Positions 17,312-27,133 of a DNA stretch of 27,490 nt are shown here, piece by piece. The stretch lies in contig CAXFSR010000027.1 in NCBI GenBank assembly GCA_964005815.1, positions 1 through 27,490 of the forward strand, given 5' to 3'. A model generated the notes under the pieces. It did no database searches. It was not told the origin of the DNA and saw only the letters and a list, made by a program, of their open reading frames with translations. The position numbers and the translations under genes were made by a program. This DNA comes from an uncultured Nitrospinaceae bacterium. GTDB taxonomy: Bacteria > UBA8248. Position 1 is the first letter of the stretch; each line of letters starts with the position of its first letter.

Positions 17312-18076
17312 TTATCCGAAACGGCCAGTGATATAGTCTTCTGTTTTTTGCATTTTAGGTTTAGTGAAAATTGTTTTCGTTGGTCCATGTTCTATTAATT
17401 TTCCTTCAAAAAGAAAAACTGTATCATCTGAAATCCTTGAAGCTTGCTGCATATTATGTGTAACTACAAGAATCGTGTACCTTGATCTAAGTTCACCTAT
17501 CAAACTTTCTATCCGAGCAGTTGCCCTAGGATCAAGAGCCGAACAGGGTTCATCCATAAGGATAATTTCTGGATTCATTGCAATCGCTCTTGCTATACAA
17601 AGACGTTGTTGCTGTCCACCTGATAAGTCTAGGGCAGATTCATGCAATCGATCCTTTACTTCTTCCCATAATGCAGATCTTTTCAAAGAAGTTTCAACAA
17701 GTTCCTCTGGATCTTTCAAAAATCCATTAATCTTTGGACCCCAAACAATATTTTGATAAATTGTTTTTGGAAAAGGGTTTGGCCTTTGAAAAACCATTCC
17801 AATATTTCGTCTTACATCTATAGGATCAATTTCCTCTCCGTAAAGTCCTGCATTCTCTAGAGATACATTTCCCTTTGTAACAACAGTTGGGTAAAAATCG
17901 TTCATTCTATTAAAAGAACGTAGCATTGTACTTTTACCACATCCAGATGGACCAATGATTGCAGTAACTTTATTCTTTTTAAAATCTAAACTTACGTCAT
18001 CAATTGCACAGGTTTCACCATAAAATATCGATAGGTTCCTAACTTTTAGAGCAATTTCTTCTTCGATTTCTTTCAT
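17312..18076 (-). CDS. pstB: Phosphate ABC transporter ATPase
   Basis: [48 protein letters not shown]. Confidence 0.97.
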   Translation of the reverse strand: MKEIEEEIALKVRNLSIFYGETCAIDDVSLDFKKNKVTAIIGPSGCGKSTMLRSFNRMNDFYPTVVTKGNVSLENAGLYGEEIDPIDVRRNIGMVFQRPNPFPKTIYQNIVWGPKINGFLKDPEELVETSLKRSALWEEVKDRLHESALDLSGGQQQRLCIARAIAMNPEIILMDEPCSALDPRATARIESLIGELRSRYTILVVTHNMQQASRISDDTVFLFEGKLIEHGPTKTIFTKPKMQKTEDYITGRFG

Positions 18077-18093
18077 AATTTTCCCTTTTAGGA

Positions 18094-18942
18094 CTAATTC
18101 CTATATCTTTGAAAACGTTGTCTTACCATAACCGCTCCAAAATTCATGACAAACAGAAAAACTAAAAGAACTATGATTCCTGCACCCGCAATTCCATGAA
18201 AAGCAGCCTGAGGACGTCCAGCCCAATTGTAAATTTGTATTGGAAGAGAAGTAAATGAATCCCAAGGACCTTCAGGAACAAATGCCACGTAGCTTAAGGC
18301 ACCAATCATAATAAGGGGAGCAGTCTCACCAACTGCTCTAGAAATAGCTAAAATTAATCCTGTCATAATACCAGGAAGAGCAGCGGGTAGAACTTGACCA
18401 AATGCAACTTGAAATTTTCTCGCCCCTACTGAATAAGCAGCATGTCGTATGGAATCAGGAACCGCACGAATCGCTTCTTGTGAAGAAATAATAATGACGG
18501 GAAGTATCAATAAAGTTAATGTTAAAGACCCAGACCAAAGACTCCGGTCTAATCCGAAAAATCGAACAAAAATAGCAAGACCTAGTAACCCATAGACAAT
18601 AGAGGGTGTACCTGCAAGATTTAAAATATTGATTTGTACCCAGTTAATATATCTCTTTTTTGGAGCGTATTCTTCTAAATACAACGCAGAAGCTACTCCT
18701 AACGGAACAGAAAATAAAGCTGTCATAGAAATTACCCAAGCACTTCCGTATAAAGCAGATTTTAGTCCAGCTTTATGAGGAAAACGTGAAGGAAAATTTG
18801 TAAAGAAATCCCAACGTAAATATGAGACACCTTCTAATAAAATATGAATTATCAAAATAGACAGGACTAAAACAGCCGCAAAAGTAACGGATCTGCATAA
18901 AACAAGGAAAAATCTTTGCTTTCGGTACCTTGCCTCTACCAT
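18094..18942 (-). CDS. pstA: Phosphate ABC transporter permease
   Basis: [24 protein letters not shown]. Confidence 0.95.
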   Translation of the reverse strand: MVEARYRKQRFFLVLCRSVTFAAVLVLSILIIHILLEGVSYLRWDFFTNFPSRFPHKAGLKSALYGSAWVISMTALFSVPLGVASALYLEEYAPKKRYINWVQINILNLAGTPSIVYGLLGLAIFVRFFGLDRSLWSGSLTLTLLILPVIIISSQEAIRAVPDSIRHAAYSVGARKFQVAFGQVLPAALPGIMTGLILAISRAVGETAPLIMIGALSYVAFVPEGPWDSFTSLPIQIYNWAGRPQAAFHGIAGAGIIVLLVFLFVMNFGAVMVRQRFQRYRN

Positions 18943-19829
18943 TATTTCCCTACTGTTTTAGAATGAAGAAAATGGTTACCTATCATATTCATTATCAGCG
19001 TCATAAAAAACAATAAAGCTCCTACTGCAAAACAAGTTTGATATTCAATACCTCCTCTAGGAGTATCACCCAAACTAACCTGTACAATATAAGCGGTAAT
19101 AGTTTGAATACTTTCTAGTGGATTGAATGTCATTCTTGGGGTAGCTCCTGCGGCTAATGTAACCGCCATTGTCTCACCTATAGCCCTCGAAACAGCAAGT
19201 ACAATTGACGCAGCTATACGTGATTTTGCTGCGGGCATAATAACTTGTGTAATGACTTCATATGGCGTTGCTCCTAAGGCATAGGCCCCTTCTCTAATAT
19301 CTGACGGAACAGCGCGGAAAGCATCATCACAAAGAGATGAAATCATCGGTAAAATCATAATTCCAACTACAATTCCCGCACTTAGAGCATTAAAAACTCC
19401 CATATCTGGAAATAACATTTTAAATGCAGGAGTAATAAATGTGAGTGCAAAATAGCCATATACAATTGTAGGAATGCCAGCCAGAATTTCTAGGACAGGC
19501 TTAATAATCGAACTTAATTTTGGAGAACAAAATTCATTCAAATAGGCGGCAATAAGTATTCCAGCTGGTACCGCAACAATGATTGCCCCAACTACTATCA
19601 TCAGGGTCCCACACACTAGCGGGAGAACACCAAAAGATTTTGGATCCAGAAGAGGTTCCCAACGGGTTCCCAACAAAAAATCAAAAAGATTTATAGACTG
19701 GAAAAAAACGAAAGACTCCTGCCCCAAGATCCAAACAACTGTGCCAGTTGTTACAAACGTAACAGAAACACACAGAAACAAAAAACCATGGATCCCATGG
19801 TCTATTAATTTAAATTTATTTAAGTACAT
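18942..19829 (-). CDS. pstC: Phosphate ABC transporter permease
   Basis: LEILAGIPTIVYG, SRAIGETMAV. Confidence 0.95.
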   Translation of the reverse strand: MYLNKFKLIDHGIHGFLFLCVSVTFVTTGTVVWILGQESFVFFQSINLFDFLLGTRWEPLLDPKSFGVLPLVCGTLMIVVGAIIVAVPAGILIAAYLNEFCSPKLSSIIKPVLEILAGIPTIVYGYFALTFITPAFKMLFPDMGVFNALSAGIVVGIMILPMISSLCDDAFRAVPSDIREGAYALGATPYEVITQVIMPAAKSRIAASIVLAVSRAIGETMAVTLAAGATPRMTFNPLESIQTITAYIVQVSLGDTPRGGIEYQTCFAVGALLFFMTLIMNMIGNHFLHSKTVGK

Positions 19830-19862
19830 TAAATTAACCCTATCGAAATAAGATCTTTATAA

Positions 19863-19895
19863 AGGAAGAGTCGGAAATACAAACCGACTCTTCCT
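19863..19895 (-). terminator. Intergenic stem-loop between pstS and pstC (partial terminator or mRNA stabiliser)
   Basis: AGGAAGAGTCGG-N9-CCGACTCTTCCT: perfect 12-bp stem with only a short U tail. Confidence 0.7.
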
Positions 19896-19905
19896 CTGAC
19901 AAAAA

Positions 19906-20835
19906 CTATTTAAACATCTCCACTTTCTTTAAGCCATCTTCATACTGACTCTTTGGAAGGGGAATATATCCTACTTCTTTAGAAAGACTTCCACTATTTT
20001 TGAGATAAAATTTCACAAATTCGTAAACCACTTTTTTCTTTAAAGAATCAGTACGAACATAAATGAAAATCGGTCTAGAAAGTGGTTTATAAGAACCGTT
20101 GTTAATAGTAACCATAGTAGGTTTAACGGGGGCATTATTCTTGTATTTGATTGGAACTACATTTAATTTATCTTTGTTTTCGATGTAATAGGCAAAACCA
20201 AAATAACCTAGTGCACCCCTTGAACCAGAAACACCTTGAACCAGAACGTTATCATCTTCACTTTTTGTAAAATCCGATCGACTACGCTGAGATTTCCCAT
20301 TTATTTTTTTTGTAAAATAATCAAACGTTCCAGAATCGGTTCCAGGGGCAAACAAAGTCATTTTAACATTTGGAAACGAAGAACGTACCTGATTCCAATT
20401 TTTCACTAAACTCCCTCGTTTCCATATCTTATGCAGTTCTTTTACACTTAAATAATCTGCCCAATTATTCTTTTTATTAACAACAACTGAAAGTCCATCA
20501 AAAGCTACAGGTAGTTCAATATATTTAATTCCTTCTTTTTTTGCTTTTTTAATTTCTATATCTTTAATTCTTCTAGACGCATCATTAATAACTGTTTCGC
20601 CAGCTAGAAATTTTTTGAAACCACCACCTGTTCCAGAAACTCCAACTGTCACACGTACTCTCCTATGTACTTTCCCAAATTCTTCAGCTACTGCTTCAGT
20701 AATTGGAAAAACTGTACTTGAACCATCAATCCTAATGGTTCCTTTTAGTGCAGCAAATGCTTCTGAACTCATTAACACTGCAAACACTAAAATCAAAAAA
20801 ATCTTTGAAACTTTACTAATCAAACTTTTCATCAA
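19906..20835 (-). CDS. pstS: Phosphate-binding periplasmic protein
   Basis: Signal peptide, DGSSTVFP, SGTGGGF, DSGTFDYF, GYFGFAYY, Y.PLSRP. Confidence 0.95.
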   Translation of the reverse strand: MMKSLISKVSKIFLILVFAVLMSSEAFAALKGTIRIDGSSTVFPITEAVAEEFGKVHRRVRVTVGVSGTGGGFKKFLAGETVINDASRRIKDIEIKKAKKEGIKYIELPVAFDGLSVVVNKKNNWADYLSVKELHKIWKRGSLVKNWNQVRSSFPNVKMTLFAPGTDSGTFDYFTKKINGKSQRSRSDFTKSEDDNVLVQGVSGSRGALGYFGFAYYIENKDKLNVVPIKYKNNAPVKPTMVTINNGSYKPLSRPIFIYVRTDSLKKKVVYEFVKFYLKNSGSLSKEVGYIPLPKSQYEDGLKKVEMFK

Positions 20836-20892
20836 ACAATCCCCTCACTAATAAAAGAAAAATATAAAAAACCTATTGAAAGGATAAAAACT

Positions 20893-20958
20893 TTTTATTA
20901 GAAAAGAATTAAATTGTTATGAGGATATCAACAGAAGATTGTTAGATTTTGATTAGGA
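20893..20958 (-). promoter_or_regulatory. pho-box-like array upstream of pstS
   Basis: Minus strand: TCCTAAT-CAAA-ATCTAAC-AATC-TTCTGTT-GATA-TCCTCAT-AACA-ATTTAAT-TCTT-TTCTAAT-AAAA, with exact 11-bp period. Confidence 0.65.
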
Positions 20959-20970
20959 TTAGGATTATAT

Positions 20971-22755
20971 TTAAAGATTTAAACAAATGGTAAAAGTAGT
21001 ACCTTTCCCAACATTGCTTTTCACGTCAATTTTGCCTTCATGAACTTGAACAATATGTTTTACTATTGAAAGTCCTAGTCCAGTACCTCCTAATGTTCTA
21101 CTTCTTGCCCGATCTACTCTATAAAATCTCTCGAAAATACGGGAAATATGTTCCTGTGGAATACCTATACCACTGTCTTGCACTTCTATAATCAGAGTAT
21201 CAGTTTGATTAGAAATTTTAATTTCAACTTTATCACCAACCTTACTGTACTTAATTGCATTATCAATAAGATTAAAAATAGCTTGCTCTATTAACGAAGG
21301 ATTATGCCTGACTATACAGTTTTCATCGTAATCTAAAAGAATATGTACTTTCTTACGCTCTGCACTTTCCTTACATAAATCTATTGCACTTTTAATTGAG
21401 AACTTTATATCTTCCTCCATCAGTTGTATTTCTTTCAGTTCTGTTTCCTTTTCTATCCTGGCTAAATCAAGCAGATCATCAATGATCATTCCAAGTCGTT
21501 TTGAGTGTTTTTGTATTGAGTCTAAAAATTCTATTTTTTTCTTTTCATCTATTTTTTCGGAATTAATAAGTGTTTCTATTGAACCTTGAATAATCGTTAG
21601 AGGAGTCTTTAATTCATGGGAAACATTTGAAACAAACTCTTTTCTATAATTTTCAAGAGCTTTTAATTGACTAATATCATTTATGACTAGTACGATTCCG
21701 CACTTTTTACTTTCATTATCCAAAAGTGGCGCAGATTCAACCAAAAGGAAGCGATCCTTCCCTTTTTGAATCTCAATACTTCGACTAGATATTTCGTCTA
21801 TAACCAAGGATGAAAGAATAAATTTCTCTAATTCTGAATTCCGGATAATTTCAGGGACGGTCTTTCCAACAAATTCTTTGTTGTCAACATCTAAAATTTC
21901 GATAGAGGCCCTATTCATACGTAAAATAGTTTGATTTGAATTTATTGCTATCACGCCTTCATTCATACTTAAAAAAATTGCTTCTTGTTCATTTCTTTGC
22001 GTTAAGATAGTTTCAATTCTATTATCAAGTTGGGTTGCTATTTCATTAATTGAATGACCTAGCTGTATTAATTCCAGAGGATCAGAAAGCTTTAAATCTA
22101 CCCTTCCAGACAAATCACCTTCAGCCATCTTTCTAGCACGATTTTTTATCTTTTCTAAAGGAACGCTTATTTTTTTAGAGATGTACCAACCTAATACCGA
22201 CACTAAAATTATCAAGACAAGAAACGTTGCTATAATTCTATAAAAAATATCCTCTAAGGCTTGTTCGATTTTAAGAAGCGGGGTTGAAGATCTAACGACT
22301 CCTATATACCTATTCGACTTTATAATAGGAATGGCAAAATACATAGAATCAGTTTGAAGTGTATATCCAAATCTTACGGAGATACCTCTGCCAGATTTTA
22401 AAGCCTCCATTATTTCTGGTCTATCAGAGTGATTATCCATTTTACTTGGAGATTTCATACTATCTCCAATTACTTTGCCTGATAACATTACGACGGTATA
22501 ACGTGTGTTTGTCTTTTGTCCAAATTGTTTTGTCAAATCTTGAATCATTACAAAGTTATTTTTTTGAATAACAGGATTTACTGCTCTCAAAAAAAGTTTA
22601 GCTTTAAGTTCTAGCTCTAATTCGACCTGTTTATAATAGAAACTACTAAAAGAGAACCAAGAAACAATCACCACAGCCAGTAGAGAAATAAATGCAATTA
22701 AAATTAAGGAAGGATATAACCTCCAGAACATGGGCCTTCTATTAAGAATCTTCAC
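20971..22755 (-). CDS. phoR: Sensor histidine kinase (TM-HAMP-PAS-HisKA-HATPase)
   Basis: FVSNVSHELKTPLT, NLIDNAIKYS, DSGIGIP, FERFYRVD, GGTGLGLSIVKH; pst context. Confidence 0.92.
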   Translation of the reverse strand: MKILNRRPMFWRLYPSLILIAFISLLAVVIVSWFSFSSFYYKQVELELELKAKLFLRAVNPVIQKNNFVMIQDLTKQFGQKTNTRYTVVMLSGKVIGDSMKSPSKMDNHSDRPEIMEALKSGRGISVRFGYTLQTDSMYFAIPIIKSNRYIGVVRSSTPLLKIEQALEDIFYRIIATFLVLIILVSVLGWYISKKISVPLEKIKNRARKMAEGDLSGRVDLKLSDPLELIQLGHSINEIATQLDNRIETILTQRNEQEAIFLSMNEGVIAINSNQTILRMNRASIEILDVDNKEFVGKTVPEIIRNSELEKFILSSLVIDEISSRSIEIQKGKDRFLLVESAPLLDNESKKCGIVLVINDISQLKALENYRKEFVSNVSHELKTPLTIIQGSIETLINSEKIDEKKKIEFLDSIQKHSKRLGMIIDDLLDLARIEKETELKEIQLMEEDIKFSIKSAIDLCKESAERKKVHILLDYDENCIVRHNPSLIEQAIFNLIDNAIKYSKVGDKVEIKISNQTDTLIIEVQDSGIGIPQEHISRIFERFYRVDRARSRTLGGTGLGLSIVKHIVQVHEGKIDVKSNVGKGTTFTICLNL

Positions 22756-23434
22756 GAAAACGATAACCTATACCACGAATTGTTTGTATTTCTTTTCCCA
22801 TTTTTTGTAATTTTTTTCTGAGTCCAACCATCTGAAAATCAATTGTTCTATCAGTAACTTCATAGTGGGCCCCTCGTATCGAATCTACTATTTGAGATCT
22901 AGTAAAAACCCATCCTCGTCTTTTAGCTAGCAAGAATAGAATGTCATATTCAGAGGGAGTTAGCATAATTTCTTCGCCTGCAAGCAATACTTTATGTTTT
23001 TTGGGTTCTATAACTATTTCTCCAATTTCAATAATCTCATCTTCACTGATTAGTTGATTAGCTGAGCGTCTCAATACATTTTGAACTCTAGCAATTAAAA
23101 CCTTCTGACTAAAAGGTTTCGTGATGTAGTCATCTGCCCCCATCTCCAAGCCTTTGACTATTTCCTCCTCTTGGCTCTTTGCGGTTAACATGATAATTGG
23201 CAAATCTCGAGTGGAATCATTCGATTTAATTATTTCACAAACACGATACCCATCAATACCAGGAAGCATTATATCAAGAAGAACTAGGTCTCCTTTTTCT
23301 TCTTTTATAGATTTTAACGCAACATCTCCATTTTCAGAACAGACAACATTAAATCCTTGAGATAGAAGATTATATTCAATCAATTTACTAATATCTTCCT
23401 CATCTTCGATAACATGGACAAGCTTTTTCTTCAT
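22742..23434 (-). CDS. phoB: OmpR/PhoB-family response regulator
   Basis: IEDE, LLDIMLPG, MLTAKSQE, GADDYITKPFS, winged-helix TIRGIGYRF; GAGG RBS favours ATG 23434. Confidence 0.9.
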   Translation of the reverse strand: MKKKLVHVIEDEEDISKLIEYNLLSQGFNVVCSENGDVALKSIKEEKGDLVLLDIMLPGIDGYRVCEIIKSNDSTRDLPIIMLTAKSQEEEIVKGLEMGADDYITKPFSQKVLIARVQNVLRRSANQLISEDEIIEIGEIVIEPKKHKVLLAGEEIMLTPSEYDILFLLAKRRGWVFTRSQIVDSIRGAHYEVTDRTIDFQMVGLRKKLQKMGKEIQTIRGIGYRFREDS

Positions 23435-23473
23435 TAATTTCCTCAAAAAAATTTCAATCTAATTAGCACTTTT

Positions 23474-23502
23474 ACTAAAGTTTTATTAGAAAACAATGAG
23501 AA
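23474..23502 (-). promoter_or_regulatory. pho-box-like repeats upstream of phoB
   Basis: TTCTCAT-TGTT-TTCTAAT-AAAA-CTTTAGT with 11-bp period; 13-mer TTTTATTAGAAAA shared with the pstS array (23481-23493 = 20893-20905). Confidence 0.6.
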
Positions 23503-23510
23503 AAATAAGT

Positions 23511-23586
23511 TGGTGGAGCTGAGGGGGATCGAACCCCTGACCTCATGGCTGCCAGCCATGCGCTCTCCCAGCTGAGCTACAGCCCC
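23511..23586 (-). tRNA. tRNA-Ala (GGC)
   Basis: GGGGCTGTAGCTCAGCTGGGAGAGCGCATGGCTGGCAGCCATGAGGTCAGGGGTTCGATCCCCCTCAGCTCCACCA; 76 nt, anticodon GGC, encoded CCA. Confidence 0.98.
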
Positions 23587-23729
23587 AATCAATTTAAAAA
23601 CAATATACACTCATAATACATACCATATTTAACAAACAAATAAAAAAAGAATTACAACCGCACAAATTGAGTTCAATTGTAGTATGGTTATTTTGTCGAA
23701 TATTACAAATTATGCTTTTAGGTTGAGTC

Positions 23730-24569
23730 ATGCTTGAATTCTTGCAATTTTTTCTAATCGGAATTTCTGTCAGTACTTTTGGATCATTGGTAGGTGCTGG
23801 TGGAGGCTTTATTCTTACCCCAGTACTCTTATTACTATTTCCTTCACACAATTCCGAAATCATTGCAGCTACCTCCTTATTTGTAGTGGCAACTAATTCA
23901 ATTTCCGGTACCACTGCATATCTAAGACTTAAAAGAATAGATGTTAAAACGGGTTTGATTTATGGATTAGCTGCTTTCCCATTTGCTATACTAGGCACCA
24001 TCTTAACTGCCAAAACAGATAGGAGTTTTTACGATTTGTTCTTAGGGACATCCTTACTTCTTCTATGCCTTTCATTGTTTCAGGGACCACCAAAACCTAT
24101 AGCGTTAAATTCAGAGGAACAGGCTAACAAAAAGAATTTGAAGGAAAAAAGAATAGTCACTAGAAATGGCAAGGAATATCACTACTTTTTCTATTTTAAA
24201 CGTGGCATTTGGGTTAGTTCTGGACTGGGATTTCTTGCTTCTTTCTTCGGAATAGGAGGAGGACCCCTTTATGTTCCTACTATGATCCGATTTTTACGAA
24301 TTCCTGTTCACATAGCGACTGCCACATCTCAGTTTATATGCTTCCTAGCCTCTACAACAGCGGTTATTGCTCATACCTTCCAAGGCAATTCAAACACTAT
24401 GGTGGGAATACTTATTCCGCTTGCAATTGGTGCGGTACTAGGGGGACAAATTGGAGCGAGAATATCAGAAAGAGTCAAATCCGATATGATAACGAAAATC
24501 TTTATTATACTTCTTGGTATCATTGCCTGTCGTCTACTTTACCAAGGGATTAACAGTTTCTATAATTAA
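23730..24569 (+). CDS. TSUP (TauE/SafE) family permease / sulfite exporter-like
   Basis: Two repeats GSLVGAGGGFILTP and ASFFGIGGGPLYVP; A.ATS motifs; multiple TM helices. Confidence 0.9.
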   Translation: MLEFLQFFLIGISVSTFGSLVGAGGGFILTPVLLLLFPSHNSEIIAATSLFVVATNSISGTTAYLRLKRIDVKTGLIYGLAAFPFAILGTILTAKTDRSFYDLFLGTSLLLLCLSLFQGPPKPIALNSEEQANKKNLKEKRIVTRNGKEYHYFFYFKRGIWVSSGLGFLASFFGIGGGPLYVPTMIRFLRIPVHIATATSQFICFLASTTAVIAHTFQGNSNTMVGILIPLAIGAVLGGQIGARISERVKSDMITKIFIILLGIIACRLLYQGINSFYN

Positions 24570-24630
24570 TTTCGATTTAATCATCTTTAATAATATTTTT
24601 TAAAAACTTTTAAAATACTAGGAGAGACTG

Positions 24631-25413
24631 ATGGCGTATGAAACAATTGTAGTTGAAGAAAAAAACAAAACTCTTTGGGTTGGTTTGAATCGACCTAAAA
24701 CACTAAATGCAATGAATTTTCAAATGATTAACGAAGTAATCGATGCCTTCACTAAGCTAGATGAAGACTCAGGTTTAGGTGTTGGCGTAATCTATGGGCT
24801 AAATGGCAATTTCTCCTCAGGCGGCGATATGGACATGATGCTCGGTTTAGATTATCGAACAGGACATATCTGGAATAACAAAATGAGACAGCTTTGCATG
24901 TTACTTCGCAACTGCGGAAAGCCAACAATAGCCATGGTTCGCGGGTGGTGCATCGGTGGTGGAAACGAATGGCAACTTTATTGTGATCTTTGTATCGCGA
25001 GTGAAAATTCAAGATTTGGCCAATCTGGTGCAAGAGTAGGCGCACTACCCGTTGTTGGTGCAACGCAGTATCTTCCTTTACTAATGGGAGATCGTAGAGC
25101 TAGAGAAATGCTATTTCTAGCAAAACATTACAAAGCACAAGAAGCTAAAGAATTAGGATTAATTAATGAAGTTACCCCTGATGACGAACTCGAAAAAACA
25201 ACTGAAGAGTGGTGTGACAAAATAAATTCACATGCACCCGCTACTTTACGCTATATGAAAACTAGTTTGAATTTCCTTGGAGATCTTCACTATCCTTCAT
25301 GGATGCACGGCAGTGAACTTCTTAATGCTGTTTGGAATAATGAACAATCCGTTGAAGGGATGAATGCATTCAAAGAAAAGAGAAATCCAGATTTTACAAA
25401 GTTTGCTCGATAA
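24631..25413 (+). CDS. Crotonase-superfamily enzyme of the MenB/BadI/Oah (ring-forming/opening acyl-CoA) group
   Basis: LNRPKTLNAM, FSSGGD, KPTIAMVRGWCIGGGNE, FGQSGARVG, AREM, EGMNAFKEKRNPDF. Confidence 0.8.
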   Translation: MAYETIVVEEKNKTLWVGLNRPKTLNAMNFQMINEVIDAFTKLDEDSGLGVGVIYGLNGNFSSGGDMDMMLGLDYRTGHIWNNKMRQLCMLLRNCGKPTIAMVRGWCIGGGNEWQLYCDLCIASENSRFGQSGARVGALPVVGATQYLPLLMGDRRAREMLFLAKHYKAQEAKELGLINEVTPDDELEKTTEEWCDKINSHAPATLRYMKTSLNFLGDLHYPSWMHGSELLNAVWNNEQSVEGMNAFKEKRNPDFTKFAR

Positions 25414-25425
25414 TAGGAAAGATGA

Positions 25426-25836
25426 ATGCTCTCAAAAGAGTGGGGAATTGGAGTTCTTAGAATTTGGTTTGGAATTACGGTCCTCTATATAGGCTATATA
25501 GATTGGAGTCAAAAACCAGATATTTTCTTTGAACTTTTACAAAATATTTTTAGTTCCCCACTTTATGAGATTTTTCAATCTCTTACTATACCACTTCTAC
25601 TTCTAGCAGGAATAACTTTTACAGTTGGGATAGCGGTCAGACCATCATCAACTATCCTTGGAATAATCTTATCTATTAAACATTCACATATTTTCCAAAT
25701 CAATCAGGTAATAGAAAACTGGGATAAATTTACGCTTATAGTCGTTCTTTTCTCATTTTGGTTTATCGGATCAGGAAGCTTGAATGTAGGAAATAATTTC
25801 TTGAAAGGGAATAGAAAAAAAAAGAGTAACTATTAA
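25426..25836 (+). CDS. DoxX-like membrane protein
   Basis: LRIWFG, G....VGIAVR, GSGSLNV pattern with hydrophobic helices. Confidence 0.55.
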   Translation: MLSKEWGIGVLRIWFGITVLYIGYIDWSQKPDIFFELLQNIFSSPLYEIFQSLTIPLLLLAGITFTVGIAVRPSSTILGIILSIKHSHIFQINQVIENWDKFTLIVVLFSFWFIGSGSLNVGNNFLKGNRKKKSNY

Positions 25837-25840
25837 CGAA

Positions 25841-26143
25841 CTATTTTTTTTCTAAAGGTATTTTTATTGTGCCTTTTTTTTGATTCAACACGGTCTGATA
25901 AGTTTTATATCCATCTTTTGAAATATCCACCGTCCAAGTTTCTAGATAATGATCTTTAATAAATTTCCGAGGCACCAAAACCGGAGTCTTTCCAATAATC
26001 TTAGACCCTACTCTAACGGTTGCGCCTGGAGGTTCTGTTTCAACAACAACCCCGGGAGTAACAATTTCGCCACAACCTTGTACTAAAAATAAAAACGTTA
26101 CCAATACAGCAAAACAAAACTTGCCCACTCGAAAAACCCCCAA
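25841..26143 (-). CDS. PEGA-domain lipoprotein
   Basis: Lipobox-like LVQGC; VETEPPGATVRV...GKTP...ISKDGYK. Confidence 0.75.
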   Translation of the reverse strand: MGVFRVGKFCFAVLVTFLFLVQGCGEIVTPGVVVETEPPGATVRVGSKIIGKTPVLVPRKFIKDHYLETWTVDISKDGYKTYQTVLNQKKGTIKIPLEKK

Positions 26144-26234
26144 AAATCCGTCATTTACTTTAAAACAAAAAACACTAAAATTACGATCTGAATTATATTT
26201 AAGGAACTACTAGGTAGCAAATCCTTAACAACTT

Positions 26235-26732
26235 TTAATTATCTAAAATCTTATTCCATTCCTCCACACGTGCAGTGTTTGAATCTAATAACTCTTTAAA
26301 ATTCCCTTCTATTTTTATTGATTCTATAACATCACCCTGCTGGATAGAGTCAACAATATCTTGCCCTGTATCAACTTTCCCAAAAACAGTGTGTTTGCCA
26401 TCTAACCAAGAAGTCTCTACATGTGTAATAAAAAATTGAGACCCGTTCGTTCCTGGTCCAGCATTAGCCATTGAAAGAATTCCTGGAGTATCGTGCTTTA
26501 GTTCTGGAGTACACTCATCTTCAAAATTATAACCAGGACCACCCATACCAGTACCTTCTGGGCAACCTCCTTGAATCATAAAACTTTCAATTACGCGATG
26601 AAACATTAATCCATCGTAATAACCGCGTTCAGCTAAATTTACAAAATTAGAAACGGTAATGGGAGTTTGTTCTGAATACAAAGAAAGTTTGATTTCCCCA
26701 CGACTCGTATTTATGACTGCTGATAAAGACAT
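26235..26732 (-). CDS. Cyclophilin-type peptidyl-prolyl isomerase
   Basis: FHRVIESFMIQGG, LSMANAGPGTNGSQFFITH, WLDGKHTVFG. Confidence 0.95.
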   Translation of the reverse strand: MSLSAVINTSRGEIKLSLYSEQTPITVSNFVNLAERGYYDGLMFHRVIESFMIQGGCPEGTGMGGPGYNFEDECTPELKHDTPGILSMANAGPGTNGSQFFITHVETSWLDGKHTVFGKVDTGQDIVDSIQQGDVIESIKIEGNFKELLDSNTARVEEWNKILDN

Positions 26733-26770
26733 GAAAAACTCCTTATGAGATACATTTAAAATAGATTAAT

Positions 26771-27043
26771 CTAATTTGACTGATCATTTTCTAAAGAAAC
26801 TGCTGTTTCAATCAAAATCCGATATATTTTCTCTAATATATCAGGAGGACAAGGTCCTTTGTTATTCTCTAATAATTTATCAATTAATTCCGCTTCTCTT
26901 TTAGAATCTCGAACAGCTATACCATGTAGACTTTTAAAATTTCCTACTTCTAAACAAACCTGTAAACGTTTATTTATAAGTTCTAGAATCTTGTCATCCA
27001 AAGCATCTATTTCCGAACGAAAATCACTGAGTTCCTGTGACAA
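26771..27043 (-). CDS. Monofunctional chorismate mutase (AroQ / type II)
   Basis: LSDFRSEIDALDDKILELINKR....EVG..K.....VRDSKRE. Confidence 0.85.
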   Translation of the reverse strand: MSQELSDFRSEIDALDDKILELINKRLQVCLEVGNFKSLHGIAVRDSKREAELIDKLLENNKGPCPPDILEKIYRILIETAVSLENDQSN

Positions 27044-27133
27044 GGCAATTCCCTTTCAAGAAAAATTCAACAGAGAATAAGAACAATATACATCTATGAA
27101 AAGAAACGCAATAATCTTTCTTGATTTGTTTTT

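Noticed and set aside
20940..20970. GATTAG short tandem repeat or CRISPR-like array
   Set aside because: Only about two copies, no spacers or cas genes; better explained as part of the pho-box array.
23511..23530. Prophage or integrative element at tRNA-Ala
   Set aside because: No integrase, phage or IS genes, and no duplicate of the tRNA 3' end noticed in the window.
2408..25063. Many 60-130 aa ORFs antisense to or overlapping real genes (e.g. 2591-2884, 8552-8809, 17364-17756, 23594-23914)
   Set aside because: Shadow ORFs of well-supported genes, with no recognisable motifs.
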